Positions 1 through 9,436 of a DNA stretch of 64,000 nt are shown one piece after another. The DNA is from a virus, in the IMG/VR virus record IMGVR_UViG_3300045988_088152, positions 1-64,000 of that record; one strand, written 5' to 3'. The position numbers and the translations under genes were made by a program. The notes below the pieces were generated by a model. It did no database searches. It was not told the DNA's origin and saw only the letters and a program-made list of their open reading frames with translations. Within the stretch, counting starts at the first letter, position 1. Each line of letters begins with the position of its first letter.

Positions 1-2
1 AC

Positions 3-419
3 GGCAAATGGTTTGGCGGTTATGCAAATGGCGTAAAAACTAAACTTGGGACTATCCGAAATTATACTGATGAAGCTATTCGCAATATTAGAAAACAAGC
101 ATTTGAACTGAAAGGAATTGCGTTTGAATGTAGAGATTTCATTCGATACACGCTAGATGATGCAAACAATATGGTTATCTATTGTGACCCTCCCTACCGC
201 GATACTACTAAATATGCTACGTCTGACTTTCCGTATGAAAAATTTTATGCTTGGTGCAAAGAGATGGCTAAAACCAATATTGTTCTGATTAGTGAATATT
301 GGATGCCAGAGGACGGATTTGAATGTATCTGGGAAGGCAAACTGAAATGCACATTGGACAAGGCAAGCCGTACAACTAAAACAGAAAAATTGTATAGGTG
401 TATTCCATGCAAACAGTAA
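3..419 (+). CDS. DNA N6-adenine methyltransferase (Dam/D12-class-like), 5' end cut by the window edge
   Basis: The frame is open from nt 3. It contains the catalytic motif DPPY (..MVIYCDPPYRDTT..) and ends in TAA at 417-419. Confidence 0.7.
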   Translation, partial: GKWFGGYANGVKTKLGTIRNYTDEAIRNIRKQAFELKGIAFECRDFIRYTLDDANNMVIYCDPPYRDTTKYATSDFPYEKFYAWCKEMAKTNIVLISEYWMPEDGFECIWEGKLKCTLDKASRTTKTEKLYRCIPCKQ

Positions 420-3400
420 AATTAACCCCAATGCGCATGATATTCAATAACCCTGAATCCAATTTTTCAATTATATCATGCAGCACTAAGGATGAAACAA
501 TAGAAACACATCCTAAATATGGCACAATCAGCCTAAAAGGAACAGGCATTGCTGATCTAAAGATAGAGCAATCCATTGATTGTATCATAGAGCCATGTAA
601 GGATGATAAATATAAGTATAGTTATAAATTCATTGGCTTTGCTGGATTTGTAGCCAAAGATGGCAAATTTGAGCTAACAGAAAAAGCCGAACTACAGACA
701 TTGCGCAGCTTAATGACCAATGGACAAGCTGAATCATGTCATGCCGCATATCCTCATTTTGTCAGTATGGTGTTGAACGGTGAAGCCGACAAGCTGGACT
801 ACAAAAAAATTCGTGGCGTAGGCAAGGTGCTATTGCCAAGATATATTGACAAAATCAAAACAATCAACAAGCGTGTTGAATTTATGGGAGAAACATATGC
901 TTGGGGCATTGAGCATGATGAGGATATAAATAAAATTGCAGCGACATATAAGAATATATATGGATTCAGCAAGGATATAAATACCAATCCATATGCTGTT
1001 ATGATTAACTTGCTTGAGTGGTCATTTGATAGGGCTGATAGAGCAATAACCAAAAAAACAGTAAAATGGTTGGATAGCTATGAACGATGCGAGGCGGCTA
1101 CTATCTATGCCCTAAAGCATAATGAACTGGACGGCAATACAAGGATGCAAGCCAAGGCATTATTTGATGTGGTCAAGCACAAAGCCCCTCAATGCGTTCA
1201 TCATCTCCTCGATGTTGTGACGAAAGCGGCGCAAGTACACTATGACGCGCCTAGCCAAAATACGTCTCTACAAGCCACATATAGCGCCGAACAGCATATT
1301 GCTGATGTCATCAAGAAAAAAATAGCCAATCCACATTACTATCCTATGGATTGGCAGAAGTTTACAAATGTAGACGGATTAGAGCTGACTGATGAACAGG
1401 CGCGGATTCTTGAGATGGCTTGTAAGCAGGATGTGATGATGTTGACTGGATCGGCTGGTTGTGTTGATTGTGATACTGAATTTTTTACTGGCGCTGGTTG
1501 GAAGCGAATTGCTGATTATCAAAACGGTGATATGGTTCTTCAGTACAACGAGGATGGAACGGCAGAGCTTGTAAGTCCTATTGCTTATATCAAGAAGCCA
1601 TGCGATACACTGTGGCATATGGAAACAAAGTATGGTGTTGATATGACTGTATGCGACGAACACAGAATTATTTATTGGTCGCAAAAAGGACATCAACATG
1701 AATGCACTATTCAAGATGTTATCGATAAGCAAAAAGGCAATGGATGGGCAGGGCAATTCGCCACATCGTTTGGTTATAGCGGCATAGGCATTAGCTTGAC
1801 TGATGAGCAAATTCGTGTCATGTGTGCCGTTATTTGTGATGGATCATTTTACAGTCGTGCGTCAAACTCAAATAGATGTCGATTCCATATTAAAAAATAT
1901 CGTAAAAAAGAACGTCTCAAAAAGCTATTTGATGAAGCTGGTATTGAATATACAGAGGTGCAGTCTGCGGCTGAAGGATATAAAGATTTTTATATCCGAG
2001 CCCCTATCAGAACCAAGATATTCGATGATATGTGGTATCAATGTAATTCACATCAGCTACAAGTTATCTGCGATGAAATTATTTTTTGGGACGGCTCTGT
2101 AAATATCAGTAAAGGCGGGGTTGAACGAAAGAGATTTTCTGCGAACGTTAAAGAAAATGCCGATTTCGTTCAGTTTGCTTTTACCACTTGTGGTTATAGA
2201 GCCTCAATCTCATCAAGAAATAGAAGCGGGCAGAAATATTTTACTTGTGGGAAGTGGTATACGAGAAAAAGCGTTGAGTACGATGTAATCATTACTTCGC
2301 GTAATATGGTTGGTATTTGTTGCGATAACAGACAAAACCATAAAAAAACAATGCCGATTCAAGTTCCAACAATAGATGGCTATAAGTATTGTTTTACTGT
2401 TCCTTCACATATGCTCGTTCTAAGACGTAATGGTAATATTTTTATCACCGGTAACTGCGGTAAAACAGCTGCTACAAAAGCCGTAGTTGAGATGCTAGAA
2501 GCCAATAATTATACTTATACCCTCTTATCCCCAACTGGAATTGCGGCAAAGAGGCTAAGAGAAGCAACAGGGCGTGAAGCAAGCACGATTCATATGTTCT
2601 TGACTTGTGGCGATAATCTTGGTGACTATGTGCTAATTGACGAGATGAGCATGGTTAGCGTCCATTTGTTATCAATGCTATTTGACAAAGTAACAGACAG
2701 TACCAAGATAATCTTCATAGCTGACCCATCTCAGCTTGCATCTATTGCTTGTGGCAACATTGTTGAGGATATGCTTGATAGCGGCATAGTGACTGTATGC
2801 AACTTGACTAAGGTGTTCAGATACAACACGTCTGGCATTATTACAATAGCTACTGATGTACGAAATGGAGCAAATGACCATCTGACAGATACTTTCACAG
2901 ATTATAAGTTCATTGAAACTGATACATTAGTAATCAAGCAAATTGAACAAGAGTATGCGCGGCTCTTAGCAGATGGATATAGTAAGGATGATGTGCTGAT
3001 TCTATCTCCATTCAATAAGGGTGAGGTTGGCTCATTGGCTATCAATGCGGCAATTCAAGCCAAATTCAATCCAAATGAATTAAGCAAGGTTGAGCATACT
3101 GTCAATGATACACCTATTTATTTCAAAGTAGGCGATAAGGTAATCAATAAAAAGAATGAATATGCTATGCCGCTTGTTGATGATGATACGGCTTTTGTGG
3201 CTAATGGCGATATTGGCACGGTGATGGAAATTGTACCTGATGAAAAAGAGCCATATATGATTGTGCGATATGATTGCGGCGATTGCATAGTAGATAAGGC
3301 GCATATCAAGAATACACTATTGGCATATGCGATTTCTATTCATAGTTGCCAAGGTAGCCAAGCAAAGGCTGTGATTGCGGTGATTGATAGAAGTCATGTA

Positions 3401-3553
3401 AGGATGTTAAGTCGTAATTTGTGCTATACAGCGGTATCACGTGCACAAGAGCGGTTAATATTGATTGGAGATGAGGCGGCTATTCAAGAGGGATTGAAAG
3501 TACAAGAGGAGAAGGAAAGAGATACTGAATTAAAGGAGATGCTGATTAAATGA
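398..3553 (+). CDS. SF1 RecD/Dda-like DNA helicase precursor interrupted by an intein
   Basis: The Walker A motif is split: LTGSAG|C..intein..N|CGKT. Downstream motifs include DEMSMV, and the C-terminus has SIHSCQGSQ..CYTAVSRAQERL. The start could be GTG 398 or ATG 407, which follows a GGTG ribosome-binding site. Confidence 0.8.
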   Translation: MYSMQTVKLTPMRMIFNNPESNFSIISCSTKDETIETHPKYGTISLKGTGIADLKIEQSIDCIIEPCKDDKYKYSYKFIGFAGFVAKDGKFELTEKAELQTLRSLMTNGQAESCHAAYPHFVSMVLNGEADKLDYKKIRGVGKVLLPRYIDKIKTINKRVEFMGETYAWGIEHDEDINKIAATYKNIYGFSKDINTNPYAVMINLLEWSFDRADRAITKKTVKWLDSYERCEAATIYALKHNELDGNTRMQAKALFDVVKHKAPQCVHHLLDVVTKAAQVHYDAPSQNTSLQATYSAEQHIADVIKKKIANPHYYPMDWQKFTNVDGLELTDEQARILEMACKQDVMMLTGSAGCVDCDTEFFTGAGWKRIADYQNGDMVLQYNEDGTAELVSPIAYIKKPCDTLWHMETKYGVDMTVCDEHRIIYWSQKGHQHECTIQDVIDKQKGNGWAGQFATSFGYSGIGISLTDEQIRVMCAVICDGSFYSRASNSNRCRFHIKKYRKKERLKKLFDEAGIEYTEVQSAAEGYKDFYIRAPIRTKIFDDMWYQCNSHQLQVICDEIIFWDGSVNISKGGVERKRFSANVKENADFVQFAFTTCGYRASISSRNRSGQKYFTCGKWYTRKSVEYDVIITSRNMVGICCDNRQNHKKTMPIQVPTIDGYKYCFTVPSHMLVLRRNGNIFITGNCGKTAATKAVVEMLEANNYTYTLLSPTGIAAKRLREATGREASTIHMFLTCGDNLGDYVLIDEMSMVSVHLLSMLFDKVTDSTKIIFIADPSQLASIACGNIVEDMLDSGIVTVCNLTKVFRYNTSGIITIATDVRNGANDHLTDTFTDYKFIETDTLVIKQIEQEYARLLADGYSKDDVLILSPFNKGEVGSLAINAAIQAKFNPNELSKVEHTVNDTPIYFKVGDKVINKKNEYAMPLVDDDTAFVANGDIGTVMEIVPDEKEPYMIVRYDCGDCIVDKAHIKNTLLAYAISIHSCQGSQAKAVIAVIDRSHVRMLSRNLCYTAVSRAQERLILIGDEAAIQEGLKVQEEKERDTELKEMLIK
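1460..2455 (+). mobile_element. Intein (332 aa) with a LAGLIDADG homing-endonuclease domain, inserted in the helicase P-loop
   Basis: It begins with Cys1 (CVDCDTEF) and has block B ..TVCDEH... Two dodecapeptide motifs are present (AVICDGSF, IIFWDGSV). It ends ..NGNIFITGN followed by the +1 Cys. Removing it restores GSAGCGKT. Confidence 0.8.
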
Positions 3554-3921
3554 ACTATGAATTTCATGTAGGGGATTATGTTGAAACAGTAGATGAATGG
3601 GTTGGATATATTGAGAGCATTCATGATTTGTTGCATGGGGTTACTGGTCTGTATGTACGATTTGCAGATGACGATTGTCAATGTTTTGAAGTAACAGATA
3701 AAACTATCTCAAACAATTTTGCCCGTATCGGCGCATATGATTTCACTAAGAAAGAAAAGAAGAGGATTGAACCAATCGGTGATTGCAACAAGCACATTTT
3801 TGCCAATGCAATCAAGTCGGATAATCAGCTTGTAAGAATGGTAAGTGATGATATTCTAAATAAGATTAATGAGCTTGTTGATGCGGTGAATTTGCTAATG
3901 GATAAGGATGAGGATAGATGA
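3550..3921 (+). CDS. hypothetical protein
   Basis: ORF whose start overlaps the helicase stop (ATGA coupling) and lies in the same operon. Confidence 0.5.
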   Translation: MNYEFHVGDYVETVDEWVGYIESIHDLLHGVTGLYVRFADDDCQCFEVTDKTISNNFARIGAYDFTKKEKKRIEPIGDCNKHIFANAIKSDNQLVRMVSDDILNKINELVDAVNLLMDKDEDR

Positions 3922-4115
3922 ATACTGCTTATGGCGTTATCAAGCCTGATTATATGCATACAACTGCCAGTATGCAACCAACCAGAGTATGTTCAGTATG
4001 TGGAGCAAATGAGCTTGGATATACCGGTTCATATTATAGTAAAGATGAATTTTGGCTTTGTCCAGAATGTCTAAAGAGATTAAAGAAATTGCTTGACAAG
4101 GAGAATGAGGAATGA
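3918..4115 (+). CDS. small zinc-ribbon protein
   Basis: It has CSVC..CPEC cysteine pairs and its start is ATGA-coupled to the upstream gene. Confidence 0.5.
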   Translation: MNTAYGVIKPDYMHTTASMQPTRVCSVCGANELGYTGSYYSKDEFWLCPECLKRLKKLLDKENEE

Positions 4116-4309
4116 CCAAACGGCTATGTGATTTATGTGGTAAAGAGATTATAAGCATTAAAAACAGATATACTGTCAGCATTGATAATGATTGTGTACA
4201 AGCTGAATATTTTAAAGTTGTTGAGGACGTATGCTCAGATTGTGCCAATTCTATTTATCACTATATCGAAGGCTTAAAAAAGCCTCTTGACAAATCAACC
4301 GAATCGTGA
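4112..4309 (+). CDS. small zinc-ribbon protein
   Basis: It has CDLC..CSDC cysteine pairs and its start is ATGA-coupled to the upstream gene. Confidence 0.5.
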   Translation: MTKRLCDLCGKEIISIKNRYTVSIDNDCVQAEYFKVVEDVCSDCANSIYHYIEGLKKPLDKSTES

Positions 4310-4315
4310 TAATAT
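4287..4315 (+). promoter_or_regulatory. sigmaA-type promoter (TTGACA-17-TAATAT)
   Basis: Sequence cTTGACAAAT..17 nt..TAATAT. It belongs to the conserved cTTGACAAAT promoter family of this window and lies upstream of the 4337 gene and nrdJ. Confidence 0.55.
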
Positions 4316-4336
4316 ATAGGACAAGGAGGTAATGTA

Positions 4337-4522
4337 ATGACTGTTGGTGAATTTTATGACGCCATTGCACATTATGTCATTAGTTTTATGAACAGAGATA
4401 TTGTTAATCAATCTGTTCGCATCCATATTGGAAACCAGCTATATGATGTTGACCATATTGACACAGTAATTGATATGGATACCAATAAGCCAAATATTGT
4501 TATTCATGTTAAAGAGAAATAA
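4337..4522 (+). CDS. hypothetical protein
   Basis: An AAGGAGG ribosome-binding site lies upstream of the ATG. Confidence 0.5.
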   Translation: MTVGEFYDAIAHYVISFMNRDIVNQSVRIHIGNQLYDVDHIDTVIDMDTNKPNIVIHVKEK

Positions 4523-4537
4523 AAGGAGGACGATTTA

Positions 4538-6976
4538 TTGTTTGTAAATGAGGTATATGAATCTATTTGGAAAGATAGATACCAAAAGGATGGCGAGTCA
4601 TATGATAACCAGCTATGGCGTGTAGCTGATTTTGTAGCATCCGCAGAAGGGGATTGGAACGCGCCTAAATGGGCAGATAGATTCTTCAGTATTATGAAAG
4701 AAGGCTATTTCTTCCCCGCTGGACGCACCATGAGCAATGCCGGTATTGGCGAAAAGCTAACTCTAAACAACTGCTTTGTAGCACCTATTATTGGTAATAG
4801 CATGGAGCAGATTTTTAATGCGGTTAAGCTAGGTGCTATGACACATAAGGCTGGTGGCGGCATTGGATACGCTTTTAGTAATCTAGCACCTAATGGCTAT
4901 AAGACCCGTAATGATGCCATTGCATCTGGTCCAGTTAGTTTCATGGATGTATTTAATGCTCAGACGGCTACAGTACAGCAAGGCTCAAGACGCGGCGCAA
5001 ACATGGGTATGCTAAGTGTATATCATCCTGATATTCTTGAATTTATTCATGCTAAGTCAGCTACAGAAGGACGACTCAATCATTTCAACCTATCTGTTGT
5101 AGTAGATGATGCTTTTATGCATCTTGTCATTGACAATGGTCAAGTTCAGCTACATTGGCCTATTTATGATGAGAAGGGCAATAAGCTACCACCAGATAAG
5201 TGGGATAAGCAATTTACAAAGCTAGTTCCAGCTCGTGATATTTGGAATGAAATCATGCAGATGGCATATGATAATGGCGAACCGGGCGTATTCTATGAGG
5301 ACAATGCCAATAACCGTAATCCTGCATGGTATGTAGAAAGAATTGTTTGTAGCAATCCATGCGCTGAATATCTAGCAGGAACAATCAATGCAGCAGACCC
5401 ATCGCAATATGGTGGCGCTTGTAATCTTGGTTCGTTGTTCCTACACAATTTTGTAAAGAATCCATTTACTAAGCAAGCACATCTTGATACTGATGCTCTA
5501 AGAAATACAATCTCTATTGCAGTTCGTATGCTTGATGATATTATTGATGTTAATAAATTTCCTGACAAGATTTACGAAAATTATCAAAAGAGTATGCGCA
5601 CTATTGGTATTGGTATCACTGGTTTAGCAGATATGCTTGCTATGCTTGGCATGAAATATGATAGTCAAGAAGCGAGAGATTATGTTGAATCTCTAATGCA
5701 AATGATTACCAACGCAGAATATTATGCGTCAGTTCAGCTTGCTAAAGAAAAGGGTTGTTTCCCTCTATGTAAACCAGACAATCATATGCGCGGCAATTAT
5801 GTAATGGACACATTAGAATCTACATTGGCTAAGGATATTGCCAAATATGGCATTCGTAATGCTAAGATTCAGGCGGTTGCACCATGCGGCACAATCTCTA
5901 TGGCGTTTGGTAATAACTGCTCTAGTGGTATCGAGCCAATCTTCTCATTAAGCTATGACCGAAAGGTAAAAATTGGCGGTCAGGACGATAAGGACGTAAA
6001 AATCGTCAAGATGATGGATTATGCTTATTATCTTTATCATAAGCTAAAGGATGAGGGCAAGCAGCTTGATTTTGACGAACATGATATTTTCCCAACTGCG
6101 CTTAATATGTCTGTTGATGACCATGTAGCTATGCTTGCTATTATCAGCAAATATACCGACATGAGCGTCAGCAAGACAATCAACGTGCCTACTGAAGCAT
6201 CATTTGATAAAGTCAAGGATATTTATATTCAGTGTTGGAAGAAGGGCATTAAGGGTTGCACCATCTTTAGACCAAATGCAATCCGTCAGGGTATTTTGCT
6301 TACTGATACAAAGAAAGACACTGAGCCTAAACCTGAATCCACATCTCCTACTCTTCCTCGCGGCTCAATCATCGAACCAAGCAATGACCTGATTGGCAAA
6401 AAGCGCAAAATCCAGACAGGATGTGGCTCACTTCATGTTCTAGCATTTTTTGACCCTATTGATGGCACTCTACAAGAGGTATATTTCAATAAAGGGTCGA
6501 CTGGTGGATGTGCTAATTTCATGACAGGCCTAAGCCGCATGGTCAGTCTACTATGCCGCGCTGGTGTAGATATTATGACCATCAAAGACCAGCTTGATTC
6601 GACTGGTGTATGCCCATCTTATGCTACTCGCAAGGCAACTCATCACGATACAAGCAAAGGCTCGTGTTGCCCCATGGCTATTGGTAATGCTCTAGTAGAT
6701 ATGTACAATGAGATGCAGAGTGAGCTAGATGATAAAGAGGATGATATTCCTGTCACATCAAGAAAAATAAATAAAGCATCTAAAACAATCGCTGAAAATT
6801 TTGATAAGGCAACAGAGGTATTCAACAAAGTTGTCGATAAGCTTGCTCAAATGGCAAAAGATAGCGGTAATGTTTACAACGCACCAACAGAGGTGTGCCC
6901 TGAATGCGGTGAGCCTATCGTGCATATTGGTGGATGTGTGCAATGCCCTAATTGTTCTTGGAGTCGATGTGAATAA
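4538..6976 (+). CDS. nrdJ: Ribonucleotide reductase, class II (adenosylcobalamin-dependent)
   Basis: TTG start after an AAGGAGGA ribosome-binding site. RNR core motifs are present (NPCAEY, ACNLGS, APCGTIS), as is a C-terminal Cys-rich tail (CPECGEPIVHIGGCVQCPNCSWSRCE). Confidence 0.85.
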   Translation: MFVNEVYESIWKDRYQKDGESYDNQLWRVADFVASAEGDWNAPKWADRFFSIMKEGYFFPAGRTMSNAGIGEKLTLNNCFVAPIIGNSMEQIFNAVKLGAMTHKAGGGIGYAFSNLAPNGYKTRNDAIASGPVSFMDVFNAQTATVQQGSRRGANMGMLSVYHPDILEFIHAKSATEGRLNHFNLSVVVDDAFMHLVIDNGQVQLHWPIYDEKGNKLPPDKWDKQFTKLVPARDIWNEIMQMAYDNGEPGVFYEDNANNRNPAWYVERIVCSNPCAEYLAGTINAADPSQYGGACNLGSLFLHNFVKNPFTKQAHLDTDALRNTISIAVRMLDDIIDVNKFPDKIYENYQKSMRTIGIGITGLADMLAMLGMKYDSQEARDYVESLMQMITNAEYYASVQLAKEKGCFPLCKPDNHMRGNYVMDTLESTLAKDIAKYGIRNAKIQAVAPCGTISMAFGNNCSSGIEPIFSLSYDRKVKIGGQDDKDVKIVKMMDYAYYLYHKLKDEGKQLDFDEHDIFPTALNMSVDDHVAMLAIISKYTDMSVSKTINVPTEASFDKVKDIYIQCWKKGIKGCTIFRPNAIRQGILLTDTKKDTEPKPESTSPTLPRGSIIEPSNDLIGKKRKIQTGCGSLHVLAFFDPIDGTLQEVYFNKGSTGGCANFMTGLSRMVSLLCRAGVDIMTIKDQLDSTGVCPSYATRKATHHDTSKGSCCPMAIGNALVDMYNEMQSELDDKEDDIPVTSRKINKASKTIAENFDKATEVFNKVVDKLAQMAKDSGNVYNAPTEVCPECGEPIVHIGGCVQCPNCSWSRCE

Positions 6977-6978
6977 TT

Positions 6979-7584
6979 ATGGCAGAAGAAAAATTTGTAG
7001 AACCTGAATTATTATTAAAATATTATCTTGACGATAAATTGTCAACAAGACAAATAGGGGAAATTTTTAATATCACACATGGGGTAATTAAAACAAAGTT
7101 GAAAAAATTGGGCGTAGAAATACGCCCATTCAACTCAAAAGAATATTATCGAAATAGGACTAAATACGTAATTCCAAACGACCCAAGACGCAGCTATGTA
7201 AAAATTGCAGAAGAACAATATGGCAACAATTTACCGGATGGTGCAGTTATTCATCATAGAGATAGAAATAGAAAAAATTCATCTCCTGATAATTTGTTCA
7301 TTTTTCCATCAAGCGAATTGCATAATTCATACCATGGATATTTGAAAGTGCATGATTATATTGAACCGGAAGAATTTCTTGCACAATATCAGGAGTTATA
7401 TGAAAGAGTATTATCTTATGATTTCTTAAAAATGGAATATATAGATAATATGAAATCTGTTAAACAAATATCAGATGAAAACAAGCCTATAAGTAGATTG
7501 GTCATAACTTCAAGACTAAAAGAATACGGTATTTGGAATATGCGTAAGCCAACTGTAAACCAATATGATACAAAATGTGAATAA
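6979..7584 (+). CDS. HNH homing endonuclease (free-standing)
   Basis: It has the HNH signature HHRDRNRKNSSPDNL..LHNSYH and an N-terminal HTH-like region. It starts 2 nt after the nrdJ stop. Confidence 0.7.
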   Translation: MAEEKFVEPELLLKYYLDDKLSTRQIGEIFNITHGVIKTKLKKLGVEIRPFNSKEYYRNRTKYVIPNDPRRSYVKIAEEQYGNNLPDGAVIHHRDRNRKNSSPDNLFIFPSSELHNSYHGYLKVHDYIEPEEFLAQYQELYERVLSYDFLKMEYIDNMKSVKQISDENKPISRLVITSRLKEYGIWNMRKPTVNQYDTKCE

Positions 7585-7602
7585 GAGAAGGAGTAAACTA
7601 AA

Positions 7603-7827
7603 ATGACAGAAAATCGTATCAATTTCTATCTAGGCAGACTAGGTAATGAGGACTGGATTTGTTCATGTGATGAACTAGATCTAATGGGCGAACCAAACAA
7701 AGGTGATTTAGTATATCTACCAATCAATGCTGACGATGATGAACAGGAAATGTATGTAGTGCTACAGAAATATGTTGCGCCAAATGAGATTAGCTATTTC
7801 TGCAAGCCATATAATTGGGAGGATTAA
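7603..7827 (+). CDS. hypothetical protein
   Basis: ORF preceded by an AGGAG ribosome-binding site. Confidence 0.45.
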   Translation: MTENRINFYLGRLGNEDWICSCDELDLMGEPNKGDLVYLPINADDDEQEMYVVLQKYVAPNEISYFCKPYNWED

Positions 7828-7831
7828 ATAA

Positions 7832-8089
7832 ATGGAATTTCTACTAAGATATTTTATTGATGGCAATGAAGATTGTGAAGGACGTGTGTGGACATATACC
7901 CATGCCGCGCGTATGATTATCCCTCGTATTGGTGAGCGCGTATGGGTCGATGATAACACTTGTGTAGAGGTTGATATGGTAACATATTCGCCTAATTACT
8001 ATGATGAGGACGATTTATATTTAGTAGATGTAGAATGCCATGACATTACAGAGGAAGTTCTGACCGAATGCGATGAGGAGGACGACTAA
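7832..8089 (+). CDS. hypothetical acidic protein
   Basis: ORF with a D/E-rich C-terminus. Confidence 0.45.
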   Translation: MEFLLRYFIDGNEDCEGRVWTYTHAARMIIPRIGERVWVDDNTCVEVDMVTYSPNYYDEDDLYLVDVECHDITEEVLTECDEEDD

Positions 8090-8713
8090 TTGCCTAGTGT
8101 ATCTAATGTTCGTGTATATGCACTAAATGATTCCATTAGAGCGGCTAAGTATCCAAAGGCGGTTGAGCTTGACGGCTTGACCGCCGAGCTTACTAAGGGT
8201 ATTTTGGCTTGCTTGAATTGCCCAACGGGTGAAGGGCATGATAATGCTCTAAATGGAATTATTGTCCAATTTGACCTTACATTTAGTCAAAAGGCATGGG
8301 TAGAATTGCAAAGATACCACTTCATGGATTTCGTCTCATCTTGCTCTACAATGCACAAACTACAAAATATGAACCCCAGATTGCAATGCAATCGTTATGT
8401 AGATCCTAGAGCTATTGATATTCTACAAGAAAAGATAGACCGCTACAATTGGCTAGTTGCCATGAATAAAAAGCCAGAATATAGTATCAATCCAGATGAA
8501 ATAAAAGAAGCGCGGCTTGAGATGCTATATAATATCCCTAGCGGGTTTGAGCTTACAGCTGCAATGACCACAAATTATAGGCAGCTTAAAACAATCTATC
8601 AACAAAGACGGTCTCACGCCCTTACTGATTGGCAGGTGTTCTGTGATTTTTGCGAGACGCTACCACGATTCCTAGAATTAACACAGAGAGGATATGAACC
8701 AAATGAAGATTAA
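8090..8713 (+). CDS. ThyX-fold (flavin-dependent thymidylate synthase-like) protein with a degenerate active-site signature
   Basis: TTG start after GAGGAGG. GHDNALNGIIVQFDLTF..W..LQRYHF..SSCSTMH aligns to ThyX GHE..FEH..F.F....W..RHR..S..SGRY. IPSG..T..TTNYRQL..RRSHA aligns to LP..T..T.N.R.L..R.DSHAQ. Confidence 0.6.
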   Translation: MPSVSNVRVYALNDSIRAAKYPKAVELDGLTAELTKGILACLNCPTGEGHDNALNGIIVQFDLTFSQKAWVELQRYHFMDFVSSCSTMHKLQNMNPRLQCNRYVDPRAIDILQEKIDRYNWLVAMNKKPEYSINPDEIKEARLEMLYNIPSGFELTAAMTTNYRQLKTIYQQRRSHALTDWQVFCDFCETLPRFLELTQRGYEPNED

Positions 8714-9209
8714 AGCTAAGCGACTATCAGATACAGCTAAGCTACCTACTTATGGTAGTGAAAAAGCGGCATGCTGTGACTTATATTGCGACCTAAGGGT
8801 AGATAAGTGCATTGACCTGAATCCTACACATGTCGATTTCAAGCATATGGAATATAGCGGTGTTTGCTTTGATAGAGTTAATATTGCGCCACATGAGACA
8901 ATTAAGATTCCTACAGGATGGGCATTTCAGCCACCTGAAGGATATGCTGGATTCATTTATGCACGGTCTGGATTAGCTACCAAGAATGGCTTAAGACCGG
9001 CGAATTGTTTGGGAGTCTGCGATTGTGATTACGTTGGCGAATATATTGTAGCTGTTCATAATGACACAGACAAATATCAAGTCATCAACAATGGCGACCG
9101 CATTGCCCAGTTTGAATTTAGACCATATGAACAGGCTGAATTTAAGCTAGTTGATGAGCTAGATGAAACAGAGCGCGGGGACGGCGCATTCGGGTCTACT
9201 GGTATATGA
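8694..9209 (+). CDS. dut: dUTP diphosphatase (trimeric dUTPase)
   Basis: dUTPase motifs are present: AACCDLY, ARSGLA, GVCDCDYVGE, GDRIAQ, RGDGAFGSTG. ATG 8703 is an alternative start. Confidence 0.85.
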   Translation: MNQMKIKAKRLSDTAKLPTYGSEKAACCDLYCDLRVDKCIDLNPTHVDFKHMEYSGVCFDRVNIAPHETIKIPTGWAFQPPEGYAGFIYARSGLATKNGLRPANCLGVCDCDYVGEYIVAVHNDTDKYQVINNGDRIAQFEFRPYEQAEFKLVDELDETERGDGAFGSTGI

Positions 9210-9436
9210 TTTTACCACGACTATGTATCAATGGTAGTAGATACCGTGTAGAGCTATATTATCCAGAAGAGCCAGATGAGCCTATTGCTATCATGTCCGG
9301 TTCGGCTAAATCATCATGTGAACTATTTGCTAATATGCTATATATGGCATTAGAAAATTATGATGATGGATATGACATTGGATATAATGACGCTATAGAG
9401 GATATGGAAGGAGGTGAATTTGATGTGGAAGTTTAG
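9206..9436 (+). CDS. hypothetical acidic protein
   Basis: ORF with an ATGA-coupled start and a GYDxGY motif at the C-terminus. It stops at TAG. Confidence 0.45.
   Translation: MILPRLCINGSRYRVELYYPEEPDEPIAIMSGSAKSSCELFANMLYMALENYDDGYDIGYNDAIEDMEGGEFDVEV

Noticed and set aside
4538-6976. A second intein or intron in nrdJ, which is a common target.
   Set aside because: The ORF is continuous, its length is ordinary for a monomeric class II RNR, and I saw no Cys/Ser-start ... HN-Cys/Ser/Thr insert or LAGLIDADG motifs.
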